Shown: positions 50,424-60,263, numbered from the stretch's first letter. The stretch: 64,000 nt of DNA from Clostridia bacterium (GCA_017500855.1 JAFVYC010000024.1:8330-72329), one strand, 5' to 3'. Notes: generated by a model not told the origin, from the letters alone. A program made the numbers and translations.

Positions 50424-51311
50424 GTGCAAACAGTAGAATTTGGACAAAAGTACGAAAATAGAATAGTTGTTTGTCTGGGTTTTTTCGACTGTATGCACAC
50501 GGGGCACGTTGCTTTGTTGATCAAAGCCAAGCAACTTGCCATAGAAACAAACAGCCAAGTTGCGCTGTTCACGTTTTCTAACAATCATTTTCAAGCGTTG
50601 GGCAAATGCACAAAATTGTTGTACAGTTTTGAAGAACGCTTGATTATCTACAAAAATCTTGGCATCGACGTTGTTTTGAGCGCCCATTTCGACAAGACGT
50701 TCATGGCAATCAAGGGCAAGGACTTCTTGCAAAAACTTTCCACCTACAACCTTCAGGGAGTTGTGTGTGGTTTTGACTACAGTTGCGGAAGCGACAGGTT
50801 GACTTCCAACGACGTCAAAACGCATCTTTGTTCCGTTTGCCCTGTTGAAGTGGTGGAGCAAATCAGTTTGGACGGCGTCAAGGTCAGCAGTACATTGGTG
50901 CGCCAATTGATTGGCGAAAACAACGTGGAAAAGGCAAACAGCCTTCTTTCGCAAGATTTCTTTGTTGTGGGCAAGGTTGTTCACGGCAGAGGCGTTGGCA
51001 AAAACAACGGTTTTCCAACTGCAAACGTCTTGTACAGCAACGACAAACTTTTGCCTAGTGGTGTGTTTGGCGCTTGCGTTGTGATAGATGGAAAACCCCA
51101 CAAAGCCATAGTCAACATTGGCTCTTGCCCAACCTACGGCGTGGAGCAAAAAAGTTTGGAAGCGCACGTTGTTGGTTTCGATGGAGATTTGTACGTCAAA
51201 ACAATTGAAATTCGTTTCAAAAAGTTTTTGCGCCCAACACAAAAATTCCAAAGCCAACAAAGCCTTGCCGAACAACTGAAAAAAGATTTGGAGAGTGTTG
51301 CAAATGATTAA
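50424..51311 (+). CDS. ribF: Riboflavin kinase/FAD synthetase
   Basis: GFFDCMHTGH, VSSTLVR and GFPTAN. Confidence 0.94.
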   Translation: MQTVEFGQKYENRIVVCLGFFDCMHTGHVALLIKAKQLAIETNSQVALFTFSNNHFQALGKCTKLLYSFEERLIIYKNLGIDVVLSAHFDKTFMAIKGKDFLQKLSTYNLQGVVCGFDYSCGSDRLTSNDVKTHLCSVCPVEVVEQISLDGVKVSSTLVRQLIGENNVEKANSLLSQDFFVVGKVVHGRGVGKNNGFPTANVLYSNDKLLPSGVFGACVVIDGKPHKAIVNIGSCPTYGVEQKSLEAHVVGFDGDLYVKTIEIRFKKFLRPTQKFQSQQSLAEQLKKDLESVAND

Positions 51312-52152
51312 ATTTGGACCAAGCGGAAACAGCAATCGTTTCTACCAAGAAGGGCACAAATCTTCCGTGGATGCGCCACGTTGGTGCGCTGAACAAGGCT
51401 TGACTGTCTACGAATACTCGTTTGGCAGAGGCATCAACATTGGTGACGAAAAAGCACGCCAAATTGGCTTGGAAGGGCAAAAACATGGCGTGGAAATTAC
51501 CGTTCACGCACCCTATTTCATCAATCTTGCAAACCCATCGGATGAAATGGCGGAAAAATCCTACCAATACGTGCTGAACAGCGCAAAGAAAGCGCAAGCA
51601 TTCTTGGGGCAAAGGGTAATTTTCCACCCATCCACGGTTGGGAAAATGACACGTGCCGATGCCGTTGCTCTCACAAAAAAGCGCATGGAAATTTTGGCAA
51701 GTCTCATTGTGGAAAACAAAATGGACAACATGCTGTTTTGCCCCGAAACAATGGGCAAAATCAACCAAATTGGCGACGTGTTCGAAGTGACGGATTTTTG
51801 CAAAGTTGCCGACTTTTTTGTGCCAACAATTGACTTTGGGCACATCAATGCACGCACACTTGGCTCACTCCAAACAGAAGAGGACTACGACGCTCTTGTT
51901 GCACACGTCCTCAACAATTTGGGCTATGAGAGAACAAACAAACTGCACATTCATTTTTCAAAAATAGAGTACAGCGCCGGTGGAGAAGTTCGACACCTAA
52001 CCTTCCAAGACAAGGTTTTTGGTCCCGACTTTTTGCCACTAGCAAAGGTGCTGAAGAAGTACAAACTTCAACCAGTTATCGTTTGCGAATCGGACGGTAC
52101 ACAAGCCGACGATGCAATTGAAATGAAAAAAATCTACGAAAGTATTTTATAG
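51304..52152 (+). CDS. Endonuclease IV-like TIM barrel protein
   Basis: HAPYFINLA, ETMGK, DFGH and HIHFS. Confidence 0.85.
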   Translation: MIKFGPSGNSNRFYQEGHKSSVDAPRWCAEQGLTVYEYSFGRGINIGDEKARQIGLEGQKHGVEITVHAPYFINLANPSDEMAEKSYQYVLNSAKKAQAFLGQRVIFHPSTVGKMTRADAVALTKKRMEILASLIVENKMDNMLFCPETMGKINQIGDVFEVTDFCKVADFFVPTIDFGHINARTLGSLQTEEDYDALVAHVLNNLGYERTNKLHIHFSKIEYSAGGEVRHLTFQDKVFGPDFLPLAKVLKKYKLQPVIVCESDGTQADDAIEMKKIYESIL

Positions 52153-52160
52153 GAGGCTAC

Positions 52161-53228
52161 ATGAAAAACACAGACAGGCTTTTTGAACTGTCCAACGTTG
52201 ATGCCGTGCTTGTGGTAAGCGACAAAAACAGGCGCTACTTCACGGGCTTTGCTTCAACGTTTGGCTACCTAGTTTTGTTGAAAGGCAACAAAAACGTGTT
52301 TATTACCGACCCTCGCTACTACGAAATGGCGCAAGTTTTGGTGCAAGATGGTGTGGAAGTTTTGCAAATTGCCAACGGTGCAAGCGCATTTGGCATTGTC
52401 AACGACGTGTTGAGTAGTCACAACGTCAAAACTGTTGGCTACGAGGACACGGAACTGACAGTAAGCCAATTTGCCGGCATCAAGGACAAACTTGCATCCT
52501 ACGAATGCGTTGCCGTTGGACACAACATCGAAATTGTGCGTAGCATCAAAACTGAAGAAGAAATTTCCTTCATCCAAAAGGCGCAAAGCATCACCGACCT
52601 TGCTTTTTCCAAGGTGTTGGAAATCATCAAGCCCGGCATGACGGAAATAGATTTGAAAGTAGAGTTGGAGTACTTGCTTGCAAAGAATGGTGCCGACGGT
52701 TTGGCTTTTGACACAATCATTGCTTCCGGCGTCAATTCTTCCAAGCCACACGCACACCCAACTTCCAAAGTTATTCAACTTGGCGACCCCGTCACAATGG
52801 ACTTTGGCGCATCTTTCCAAGGCTACTGTTCCGACATGACACGTACCGTGTTTGTTGGCCAACCGTCGGAAGAAATCAAAAACATCTACAACGTTGTTTT
52901 GATGGCGCAAAAAACAGCCATCAACAACTTGCATTGTGGAATGAGTGGCAAAACGTTCGACTCGTTCTGCCGTGAGGTTATCACAGCCAACGGCTACGGC
53001 CAATATTTCACACACAGCACAGGCCACAGTTTGGGCATTGACATTCACGAAACGCCCTATGCTTCCTTCCGTTCGGAAGACATTTTGCAAGATGGGCAGT
53101 TCATCACGTGCGAACCAGGCATCTATATCCCCGGTTTTGGTGGCGTTCGCATAGAAGATTTACTTTTAGTTCGGAAAGATGAGGTTATTGATTTGACAAC
53201 TTCCGATAAAAACATTATAATCTTATAG
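52161..53228 (+). CDS. Xaa-Pro peptidase (M24)
   Basis: [22 protein letters not shown] and GVRIED; upstream of efp. Confidence 0.93.
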   Translation: MKNTDRLFELSNVDAVLVVSDKNRRYFTGFASTFGYLVLLKGNKNVFITDPRYYEMAQVLVQDGVEVLQIANGASAFGIVNDVLSSHNVKTVGYEDTELTVSQFAGIKDKLASYECVAVGHNIEIVRSIKTEEEISFIQKAQSITDLAFSKVLEIIKPGMTEIDLKVELEYLLAKNGADGLAFDTIIASGVNSSKPHAHPTSKVIQLGDPVTMDFGASFQGYCSDMTRTVFVGQPSEEIKNIYNVVLMAQKTAINNLHCGMSGKTFDSFCREVITANGYGQYFTHSTGHSLGIDIHETPYASFRSEDILQDGQFITCEPGIYIPGFGGVRIEDLLLVRKDEVIDLTTSDKNIIIL

Positions 53229-53254
53229 AAGACACATTAGGAGGACTCACTACT

Positions 53255-53815
53255 ATGATTTTGGCAGGCGATTTTAGAAAGGGTGTTACTTTCGTTTACA
53301 ACAACGGCGTTTACGTTATTGTGGATTTCCAACACGTAAAACCAGGCAAGGGCGCTGCATTTGTACGAACAAAGATCAGAAACGTTCGCACAGGTGCCGT
53401 TCGTGAAGAAACATTCAACCCATCCGAAAAATTCGAAAAGGCAACCATCGAAAGCAAAGATATGGAATATCTCTACAGCGATGGCGAATTGTACTACTTC
53501 ATGGACAACGAAACCTACGAACAAGTTCCACTTGGAAGAGCACAAGTAGAAGATGCATTGATGTTCATGAAAGAAAACATGGTTGCAACAATCAGATTCT
53601 ACAAAGGCGAAGCATTCTCCGTTGAACCACCAAACTTTGTTGTTTTGCAAATCACAAAGTGCGAACCAGGCGTTCCAGGCAACACAGCAACAAACGCTAC
53701 AAAACCTGCAACTTTGGAAACAGGCTACGAACTTATGGTTCCCATGTTCATCAACGAAGGCGAATACATTCGCATTGACACTCGCACAGGCGAATACATG
53801 GAAAGAGCAAAATAG
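53255..53815 (+). CDS. efp: Elongation factor P
   Basis: [10 protein letters not shown]. Confidence 0.98.
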   Translation: MILAGDFRKGVTFVYNNGVYVIVDFQHVKPGKGAAFVRTKIRNVRTGAVREETFNPSEKFEKATIESKDMEYLYSDGELYYFMDNETYEQVPLGRAQVEDALMFMKENMVATIRFYKGEAFSVEPPNFVVLQITKCEPGVPGNTATNATKPATLETGYELMVPMFINEGEYIRIDTRTGEYMERAK

Positions 53816-53841
53816 TTTTTTGCATATATTTTTCGCAAAGC

Positions 53842-53945
53842 AAAACGGCACCACAATTTGTGGAGCCGTTTTTTTTTGTTTAAGAAAACAGCGGACTATG
53901 CAGTGGTTTTCTTAAAAAACAGCTGAAGAAAAACTCTTCCGCTGT
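53842..53945. terminator. efp terminator plus two further hairpins at the islet boundary
   Basis: aaaacggcaccaca..tgtggagccgtttt; ttaagaaaac..gttttcttaa; acagctgaaga..tcttccgctgt. Confidence 0.65.
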
Positions 53946-53975
53946 AAATATGCAACTAAAAAACCACTGATAAGT

Positions 53976-54353
53976 TTATTTTATTGAAAAATCTATAGGG
54001 TTTTTGATTTTACGAGACATAATTCCAGTTGTTATCCCAAAAGCAAAGTCAATTACGCCCATAACAGCAAGCAGTATAAATGCAGTTTTGACATCCAACC
54101 AAAGTGATATAATGCACATTGCAATCGAGGCAAGTGTAAAGATATACCCTAGGATTTCCATTAAGAACGTTTTTTTAGAAACAATACGTTTATCTTTTGA
54201 GTATGAAATAATAAAAAATACATTATGTTTCAACTTAAAACACTTTTGTTGGTTATGTATGTATTCATATTTATCCAACGAATAAACATTCAGAAAACCT
54301 GCAAAAATAATAATTAACAAATAGAAATAGCACCAGATTAGAACTCCGAGCAT
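53976..54353 (-). CDS. AT-rich small membrane protein, putative immunity protein (alternative start 54407)
   Basis: About 3 transmembrane segments, foreign codon usage, downstream of an RHS remnant. Confidence 0.6.
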   Translation of the reverse strand: MLGVLIWCYFYLLIIIFAGFLNVYSLDKYEYIHNQQKCFKLKHNVFFIISYSKDKRIVSKKTFLMEILGYIFTLASIAMCIISLWLDVKTAFILLAVMGVIDFAFGITTGIMSRKIKNPIDFSIK

Positions 54354-54354
54354 A

Positions 54355-54462
54355 TCAGAGTCCAATAAAATTTCCATTTGGGTTAAAGAAAGAGCTAATC
54401 CTGCCATAAATTCCGCCTCCTACACCTCCAATTATAAATGGGGGGGGATTAATCTCGCCCAT
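54355..54462 (-). pseudogene. Gly-rich putative toxin-tip remnant (35 aa)
   Basis: MGEINPPPFIIGGVGGGIYGRISSFFNPNGNFIGL*; stop 1 nt before the next ATG. Confidence 0.35.
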
Positions 54463-54491
54463 TACTGCTAAAATTGAGTCGTACAGATATA

Positions 54492-54866
54492 TTATTTCTT
54501 TTCATCTGAGAACAGATAACCCAATACTCCTGCTATAATTGTACCTAAGAGCAATAAACCGCCGTAAATGAGTACCGAAAAAACATTAATATTGCTCAAA
54601 ACTGTACTTGGAATAAAATACGACTCTATAATAGCAATCACCAAATACGCCAACACATATAAGTAGTTGAAAATTTGCAATCCAAAAACTATGGGGCTTA
54701 CAGTACTACTTTTGTCGTATTGCGATTTTAGCACTATTTTCCAAGCTTTAACAACTTTGCAATGTTTACTTTTTAAACAATAATCTAAAGTTATTGCAAA
54801 ACCACAAGCAAATGGCACAAATAACATTAGAAAAAACAAATAGAATAATATATCCATAAAATCCAC
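54492..54866 (-). CDS. AT-rich small membrane protein, putative immunity protein
   Basis: About 3 transmembrane segments, foreign codon usage, follows the RHS remnant. Confidence 0.6.
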   Translation of the reverse strand: MDFMDILFYLFFLMLFVPFACGFAITLDYCLKSKHCKVVKAWKIVLKSQYDKSSTVSPIVFGLQIFNYLYVLAYLVIAIIESYFIPSTVLSNINVFSVLIYGGLLLLGTIIAGVLGYLFSDEKK

Positions 54867-54983
54867 CGAATTTAATAAGCAAATCTAAGATACGACATTG
54901 CGCTATCTTGCTTGCTTTTCCACCAGTCTATAATTTCACCAAATTGAAATATTGTTGTATCTTTTGAGCAGTCTGCCACGTTC

Positions 54984-55262
54984 TCACGTGAGATTTGCTC
55001 CCCTGTAACTTGTTAGGTTACCACAAATATCATAGCACCATGTTGTGGTTTTGTCAATATCTTCGTGTGGATTGTTCTCTCGAACAAGTCTACCAAGCTT
55101 GTCGTACTCGTAGGTTACGTCACCATACTTGGTGATGTTGCCATTTGCATCGTATTCTACGTCTTCCGATGCAACAAGTGTTGCTGTTGTGCCGAACATT
55201 GTATACTGCTTGAACTTGGCAACTTGGTTGGTTGTGCCAACGTAATCAATTGGGCATTTGTT
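54984..55262 (-). pseudogene. RHS/YD-repeat protein fragment
   Basis: YDANGNITKY, YEYDKLGRLVRENN and WCYDICGNLTS; frame bounded by stops; no RHS core end. Confidence 0.85.
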
Positions 55263-55307
55263 TCAATTTTGTGTTCTAGATGCTTGTCCAAGCGAATACA
55301 CTTTGGT

Positions 55308-56129
55308 ATGAATTGGTTGCAATGTTTGCCGTTGGAAATTGCCAACGTTGTTGGTGGGTTGGACAACCTGTGCGAAATTCGCCTTCGCAACAACAGCCCC
55401 GTGCGTGTGAAATGTGGCACAAGGTGGTTTTGGGTGGGTACGGATGGTTTGCAAAGTACGTCCCGTGGTGCCTTGGTGGTTGAAAACGTACATTCGGTGG
55501 TTGACAGTGCCTGTCAACACTCGGTTTTTGCCTACGAGGACATGCTTTCGGCGGGTTTTTTCACATTCGACGACGGCGCACGGCTTGGCGTTTGTGGGCA
55601 AGCAACTGTTGGCAAGGATGGAAAACTGTTTTTCAAAAGTATTTCTTCCCTATGTTTGCGCATTCCCCACGTTGCAAACTGCATCGACAACAAAACAATG
55701 GACAAGTTGTTGCAACACAACGTACTTGTTGTAGGAGCGCCGGGAAGTGGCAAAACAACTTTTTTGCGAACGCTTGCAAGCAAACTTGCCGAGAGTTTCA
55801 ACGTTTTGGTTGTGGATCAGCGTGGGGAATTGGATTTGGGCAACCTTTGCCATTGCGACGTTTTGAAGTGGACAAGCAAGCACTATGCAATGGACGTTGG
55901 CGTTCGCAGTTTGTGCCCCGACTACGTTGTTTTTGATGAACTGCTTCAAGAAGAACATCAAGTTGTGGAAGTTTGCTTGCAAAGTGGTGTTTTTGTTGTT
56001 GCAAGCATTCACGGCAAGTCGGCAAAGGATGTAACAAGGCTTGCTTGCCACAAACTTTTCGACAGGTTTGTGGTTTTGCAACAAAATTTTGGCTACCAAG
56101 TTTTGGATGGGTGCGGAAATATTCTATGA
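55308..56129 (+). CDS. spoIIIAA: Stage III sporulation protein AA (ATPase)
   Basis: EIRLR, HSVFAYED, GAPGSGKTTFLR, FDE and SIHG. Confidence 0.9.
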   Translation: MNWLQCLPLEIANVVGGLDNLCEIRLRNNSPVRVKCGTRWFWVGTDGLQSTSRGALVVENVHSVVDSACQHSVFAYEDMLSAGFFTFDDGARLGVCGQATVGKDGKLFFKSISSLCLRIPHVANCIDNKTMDKLLQHNVLVVGAPGSGKTTFLRTLASKLAESFNVLVVDQRGELDLGNLCHCDVLKWTSKHYAMDVGVRSLCPDYVVFDELLQEEHQVVEVCLQSGVFVVASIHGKSAKDVTRLACHKLFDRFVVLQQNFGYQVLDGCGNIL

Positions 56130-56575
56130 AATTTGCAATTGTGGCAATGTGCTGTGCCATTGGCTACTGCATTGGGCTGTTCGTTCAAAAGAAAAGCCTT
56201 GAACAACTTAAGTTTTTTCAAGCTTGGAACAACTACGTTTTGGCATTGAAAAACAACCTTGGTGGCAAGTGCTTGCCAATGGACTTGTTCAACAAGGAGT
56301 TTTGTTGCGATAGCGACAGCGCCGAGTTTTGCAAGATGTTGGAAACGCAACGTGCGCCAAAGTTTCTAGACAGAGCATCGGCTTTGCAATTTCGTGCGCT
56401 TGCAACTTTGCACCAAAACAAAAGCAAACAGCAAATGTTGCAACAACTTGAACAAATGCAACCTTTTGTTGGTAATTTGCTGTTAGAAAAGCAAAAACAA
56501 AGTTCAAAACAAAAAAGTGTGTACTGCCAAGTGGGATTTTTGTTTGGATTTCTTGTGGGCATGCTGTTTGTGTGA
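56126..56575 (+). CDS. spoIIIAB: Stage III sporulation protein AB
   Basis: Operon position; N- and C-terminal transmembrane segments. Confidence 0.75.
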   Translation: MKFAIVAMCCAIGYCIGLFVQKKSLEQLKFFQAWNNYVLALKNNLGGKCLPMDLFNKEFCCDSDSAEFCKMLETQRAPKFLDRASALQFRALATLHQNKSKQQMLQQLEQMQPFVGNLLLEKQKQSSKQKSVYCQVGFLFGFLVGMLFV

Positions 56576-56584
56576 TGGAGTGCT

Positions 56585-56785
56585 ATGGATTTGTCTGTAA
56601 TTTTGAAAATTGCCGTTGTTGGACTTGTGACTGCCATCAGCGGAATGCTTTTGAAAAAGTCCGGCAAGGACGACATTGCAACGGTAGTGTCCATTGCAGG
56701 GCTGATTGTTGCAATTGTGTTTGTTGTGGACATGGTTGGGCAACTGTACCAAGTTGTGAGCCAACTGTTTGATGGTGGACTATGA
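56585..56785 (+). CDS. spoIIIAC: Stage III sporulation protein AC
   Basis: ILKIAVVGLV...LKKSGKDD. Confidence 0.92.
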   Translation: MDLSVILKIAVVGLVTAISGMLLKKSGKDDIATVVSIAGLIVAIVFVVDMVGQLYQVVSQLFDGGL

Positions 56786-57162
56786 CCAAAATTGTGCTTT
56801 GCGCACTTGTTTGCGTGTGCGTGTTTGTTGTGGTAAAGCAATTCAAGCCCGAAATGGCAACAGTTGTTGCTGTGGCAAGTGGAGTTGCTTTGACTATCGT
56901 TGTGTGCCAGCAGTTGTTCGACGTTGTGTACAGTTTCTACAATCTGTCTTCCTTGGCGGGGGTGGACAGTCAAGCGGTAACTTGCATTGTGAAGGTTGTG
57001 GGCATTGGCTACCTTGGCGAATTTACAAACAGCATTTGCGTGGACAGCAACTGCAAATCTATTGGCGAAAAGGTGCTTTTGGCAACAAAATTGGCAATTG
57101 TGCTGTGCGCCTTGCCCATAGTAGAAGGGCTGTTTTCTACTTTGTTTGGGGTGCTTGCGTGA
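56782..57162 (+). CDS. spoIIIAD: Stage III sporulation protein AD
   Basis: KQFKPE and KVVGIGYLGEF...ICVD. Confidence 0.92.
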   Translation: MTKIVLCALVCVCVFVVVKQFKPEMATVVAVASGVALTIVVCQQLFDVVYSFYNLSSLAGVDSQAVTCIVKVVGIGYLGEFTNSICVDSNCKSIGEKVLLATKLAIVLCALPIVEGLFSTLFGVLA

Positions 57163-58286
57163 AGAAAATAATTTTGATTTTGCTTGTTTTGTTGCTCTTG
57201 TGCGCAAACACAACGGCGCTTGCAACCACGGAAGAACAACTAAATGAACAAGTGGAAAACACAATGGAAAACTTGGACTACTCGGATTTGGAGCAAATTG
57301 GCGATGAGCATTTGGGAGATTTTTCTCAACTGGTTGAACAAATTTTGAATGGCGATTTTGGCAACGTGGGCAGTTTTGCAAGTTTTTTGCTAGATTTGTT
57401 TTGCAAAGAAATTGTTGCCATTTTGCCACAGGCGCTTGCGCTGTTGGTTGTTGTGGTTGTGTGTGGGCTTCTCAAAAAGGGCAACGGATTTGTCAGTTCG
57501 GAAACGGACAAAGTGGTGCAATTTGTTGGGCTTGCCGTTGTTGCAACAACGTTGGTTGGGCTTGTTGTCAGTTGCTACCAAAGCGTGCAACAAATGCTTG
57601 GCAATTTGCAAGTGCTGTGCGATGCATCTTCGCCTGTTATTCTTGCTTTGGTGGTGGCAAACGGTGGCAACAGCCTGTCTAGTGTGTGCCAGCCGTCAAT
57701 GGTGTTTTTGTCTTCAACCATTGTGACTTTTTGTAGCCAAATGCTACTGCCAATTTCCCTTGCAGGCATGGTGTTGATTTTTGCCGGCAACATTTCTTCC
57801 AACGTGAAAATTGGCAAGTTGCAAAAGTTTGTAAACGACAGTTTGGGGTGGGTGCTTGGCGTTGTGTTCATGGTGTTTTCGGCATTTTCCACCGTGTCGG
57901 GCATTTCGGCGTCGGTTGTAGATGGCGTATCCTACCGAACGGCAAAATTTGCAACCAAGAACTACATTCCAATTTTGGGTGGCTACATTTCCGACGGACT
58001 GGACGTGGTGGTGGCAAGCGCATCTTTGGTAAAAAATTCCTTGGGGCTTGCAACGTTGGTTGTGCTTGTTGCAATGATGGTCAAGCCACTTTTGCACATA
58101 GGGTGCTTGAATTTTGCTTTGCAAGGCGTTTCAGCGCTTGCCGAGTCGCTTGGTAACGACAGTTTTGGCAAGGTGCTTGGCGAAGTTGGCAAAGTGTTGA
58201 ACTTTTGGATTGCCCTTGTGTGTGCAGTGTGCTTTATGTTTGCAATTGTCACAACAATTGCAATTTGCAGTGCAAACGGTGTGTGA
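57159..58286 (+). CDS. spoIIIAE: Stage III sporulation protein AE
   Basis: RTAKFATKNYIPILGGYISD and LVKNSLG; multiple transmembrane segments. Confidence 0.92.
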   Translation: MKKIILILLVLLLLCANTTALATTEEQLNEQVENTMENLDYSDLEQIGDEHLGDFSQLVEQILNGDFGNVGSFASFLLDLFCKEIVAILPQALALLVVVVVCGLLKKGNGFVSSETDKVVQFVGLAVVATTLVGLVVSCYQSVQQMLGNLQVLCDASSPVILALVVANGGNSLSSVCQPSMVFLSSTIVTFCSQMLLPISLAGMVLIFAGNISSNVKIGKLQKFVNDSLGWVLGVVFMVFSAFSTVSGISASVVDGVSYRTAKFATKNYIPILGGYISDGLDVVVASASLVKNSLGLATLVVLVAMMVKPLLHIGCLNFALQGVSALAESLGNDSFGKVLGEVGKVLNFWIALVCAVCFMFAIVTTIAICSANGV

Positions 58287-58714
58287 TGAAAGAATGGGTT
58301 TTGAGTGTGTGTGGTGTAGCGCTTCTGGCGTTCGTTGCGGAAATTGTGTTGCCGGACGGAAGCACCAAAAAGTACTGCAACAGCGTGCTTGCCGTTGTTG
58401 TGACGTTTTCCATGTTGTTGCCAATAGTGCGCTTTGTTGGCAAGGATTTTCAAGTGGAAATTGGCGGTGACGGTGGGCTGGTTCAAATGCAATCTAATGC
58501 CAAAAACGTGTTGGAGAACAACCTTGAAATGCTACTGGAAAGGCAAGAGTTGCCTGTAGTTGAAGTGCAAATTGACGTTGAAAACAAGGTTGCAACCTTG
58601 CATTTTAGTGGCAGTGCAGTGCAAAAACAAATTGAGCAGGCAACAAGCATTGCGTGTGCCTACTTGCCCAACTACAAGGTTCAAATTGTTGAATTTGTGC
58701 CAAACAGTGGCTGA
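58286..58714 (+). CDS. spoIIIAF: Stage III sporulation protein AF
   Basis: MKEWV...EIVLPDGSTKKY. Confidence 0.85.
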   Translation: MKEWVLSVCGVALLAFVAEIVLPDGSTKKYCNSVLAVVVTFSMLLPIVRFVGKDFQVEIGGDGGLVQMQSNAKNVLENNLEMLLERQELPVVEVQIDVENKVATLHFSGSAVQKQIEQATSIACAYLPNYKVQIVEFVPNSG

Positions 58715-58779
58715 CAATGCTTGATTTCGCAATATTTTCAACTACTACGACAAACATAGTATACTAAATTGGAGGAAAA

Positions 58780-59262
58780 ATGGCAAATTTTTTGTTTTTG
58801 GAAAAGTTGAAACAAAGCAAACACAAGGAAGTTTTTGTGGCAATTGCGTTGGCAATGGTTGTGTTGGTGGTGCTTGCTCTGGGCAATGTGCCAAAGCAAG
58901 AGCCATCGTCGGAGGTTGATGCCTACATTGCATCTATGGAAACAAAATTGCAAAAGATTGTTGAAAGTATCGACGGGTGTGGCAAAGCAACTGTTGCCAT
59001 TTCCTACTCGTCTACCGAAAGCAAAGAGTATGCTTTCGAAAACACAACAAGCACGGAAAGTGGTGTTGTTGTGCAAACTTCAACAATTGTTTTAGTCAAC
59101 GGTCAACCGCTTGTTCTAAAAAACCTCACGCCCAATATACTAGGAGTAGTGGTAGTGGCAGAAGGCGCAAACAACGCAATTACCAAAATGAAAATAGTTG
59201 ATGCTGTTGTTACATTGCTAGATGTTGAAACAAACAAAGTTCAAGTTTTTGACCACAAATAA
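58780..59262 (+). CDS. spoIIIAG: Stage III sporulation protein AG
   Basis: IDGCGK and PNILGVVVVAEGA. Confidence 0.9.
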   Translation: MANFLFLEKLKQSKHKEVFVAIALAMVVLVVLALGNVPKQEPSSEVDAYIASMETKLQKIVESIDGCGKATVAISYSSTESKEYAFENTTSTESGVVVQTSTIVLVNGQPLVLKNLTPNILGVVVVAEGANNAITKMKIVDAVVTLLDVETNKVQVFDHK

Positions 59263-59277
59263 AATGGAGGATATTGT

Positions 59278-59748
59278 ATGTCAAAAGGTAAAAAAATCGC
59301 ACTTATTGTGTCTATGGTGGCTGTGTTGGTTGTTGCGTCTGTTTTGAACGTGACGTTGCTTGCAACCAAACCAAACGATGACGTTGTTTCCACAGGTAGT
59401 TTCTTCGAAACTTCCAGATTAGACCGTCAATCCACAAGAAACTTCGAAATTGCCGAACTCAACGCAATTTTGGAAATGGAAGGGGACGAGTACCAAGAGG
59501 CTCGCCAAAACGCCCTTTTGCGCAAGCAACAAATTGTTGATGCAATGGAAACGGAAATGTTGTTGGAAACTTTGCTCAAAGCGCAAGGCTTCGAGGACGT
59601 GCTTGTAACTGTCAACGCTACTTCCAGCAACGTCAGCGTTATTGTGGACAAAGATGAATTGACTCGTGAAGACACCGTCAAAATCTACAACATCATTGCC
59701 ACGGAAACTGCAACTTCCCCCGAATATGTCAAAATACTTTCCGTCTAG
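59278..59748 (+). CDS. spoIIIAH: Stage III sporulation protein AH
   Basis: FFETSRLDR and ETLLKAQGFEDVLV. Confidence 0.9.
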   Translation: MSKGKKIALIVSMVAVLVVASVLNVTLLATKPNDDVVSTGSFFETSRLDRQSTRNFEIAELNAILEMEGDEYQEARQNALLRKQQIVDAMETEMLLETLLKAQGFEDVLVTVNATSSNVSVIVDKDELTREDTVKIYNIIATETATSPEYVKILSV

Positions 59749-59751
59749 TTA

Positions 59752-59780
59752 TTGTATTTTTTCAAATTATGTGCTATAAT
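59752..59780 (+). promoter_or_regulatory. SigA promoter of the yqhY-nusB operon
   Basis: TTGTAT-17-TATAAT with extended TG. Confidence 0.65.
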
Positions 59781-59880
59781 AACAAAAAGTAGATTATATA
59801 TAGTGCCAATTTTGGCGTTTTTGCCAACGGCGCTGTGGTGTGACTAGCACAATCTGCAAAAGAATTTGGGAGATACAACT

Positions 59881-60210
59881 ATGAAAGTTATTAACAAACA
59901 TGATGATGCAGGCAGGCTTGTGTACAGCAGTGAAATCATTCGTGACATCGTTGACTGTGCTTTGAACGAGGTAGAAGGTGTTGTCAAGTTTACCGAAGGT
60001 AGCAAACAACAACGTTCTTCCATCAAAATTGAACAAGCTGGCGACGACATTTTTGTTGACGTTTACTGCAAATTCAAGTTCAACGTGGAAGTTAGCGACG
60101 TTGCAAGCGCAATTCAAAACAACGTGAAAAACTCCATCGAAAACATGACGGAGTTCAAGGTTTCCGCAGTTAACGTTCACGTTATCGAAGTGGAATTTGA
60201 AGATAAGTAG
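59881..60210 (+). CDS. Asp23/Gls24 family protein (YqhY-like)
   Basis: EVEGV and IQNNVKNSIENMT...VNVHV. Confidence 0.9.
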   Translation: MKVINKHDDAGRLVYSSEIIRDIVDCALNEVEGVVKFTEGSKQQRSSIKIEQAGDDIFVDVYCKFKFNVEVSDVASAIQNNVKNSIENMTEFKVSAVNVHVIEVEFEDK

Positions 60211-60215
60211 CATTT

Positions 60216-60247
60216 CACGAAACCCTTTTTTGAAAGGGTTTTTCGTG
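60216..60247 (+). terminator. Hairpin between yqhY and nusB
   Basis: cacgaaacccttt...aaagggtttttcgtg. Confidence 0.55.
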
Positions 60248-60263
60248 TTGTAGAGGAGTAGTT

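Noticed and set aside
55065-55307. 81-aa N-terminal extension of spoIIIAA
   Set aside because: It overlaps the antisense RHS remnant; SpoIIIAA similarity begins at MNWLQCLP (55308).
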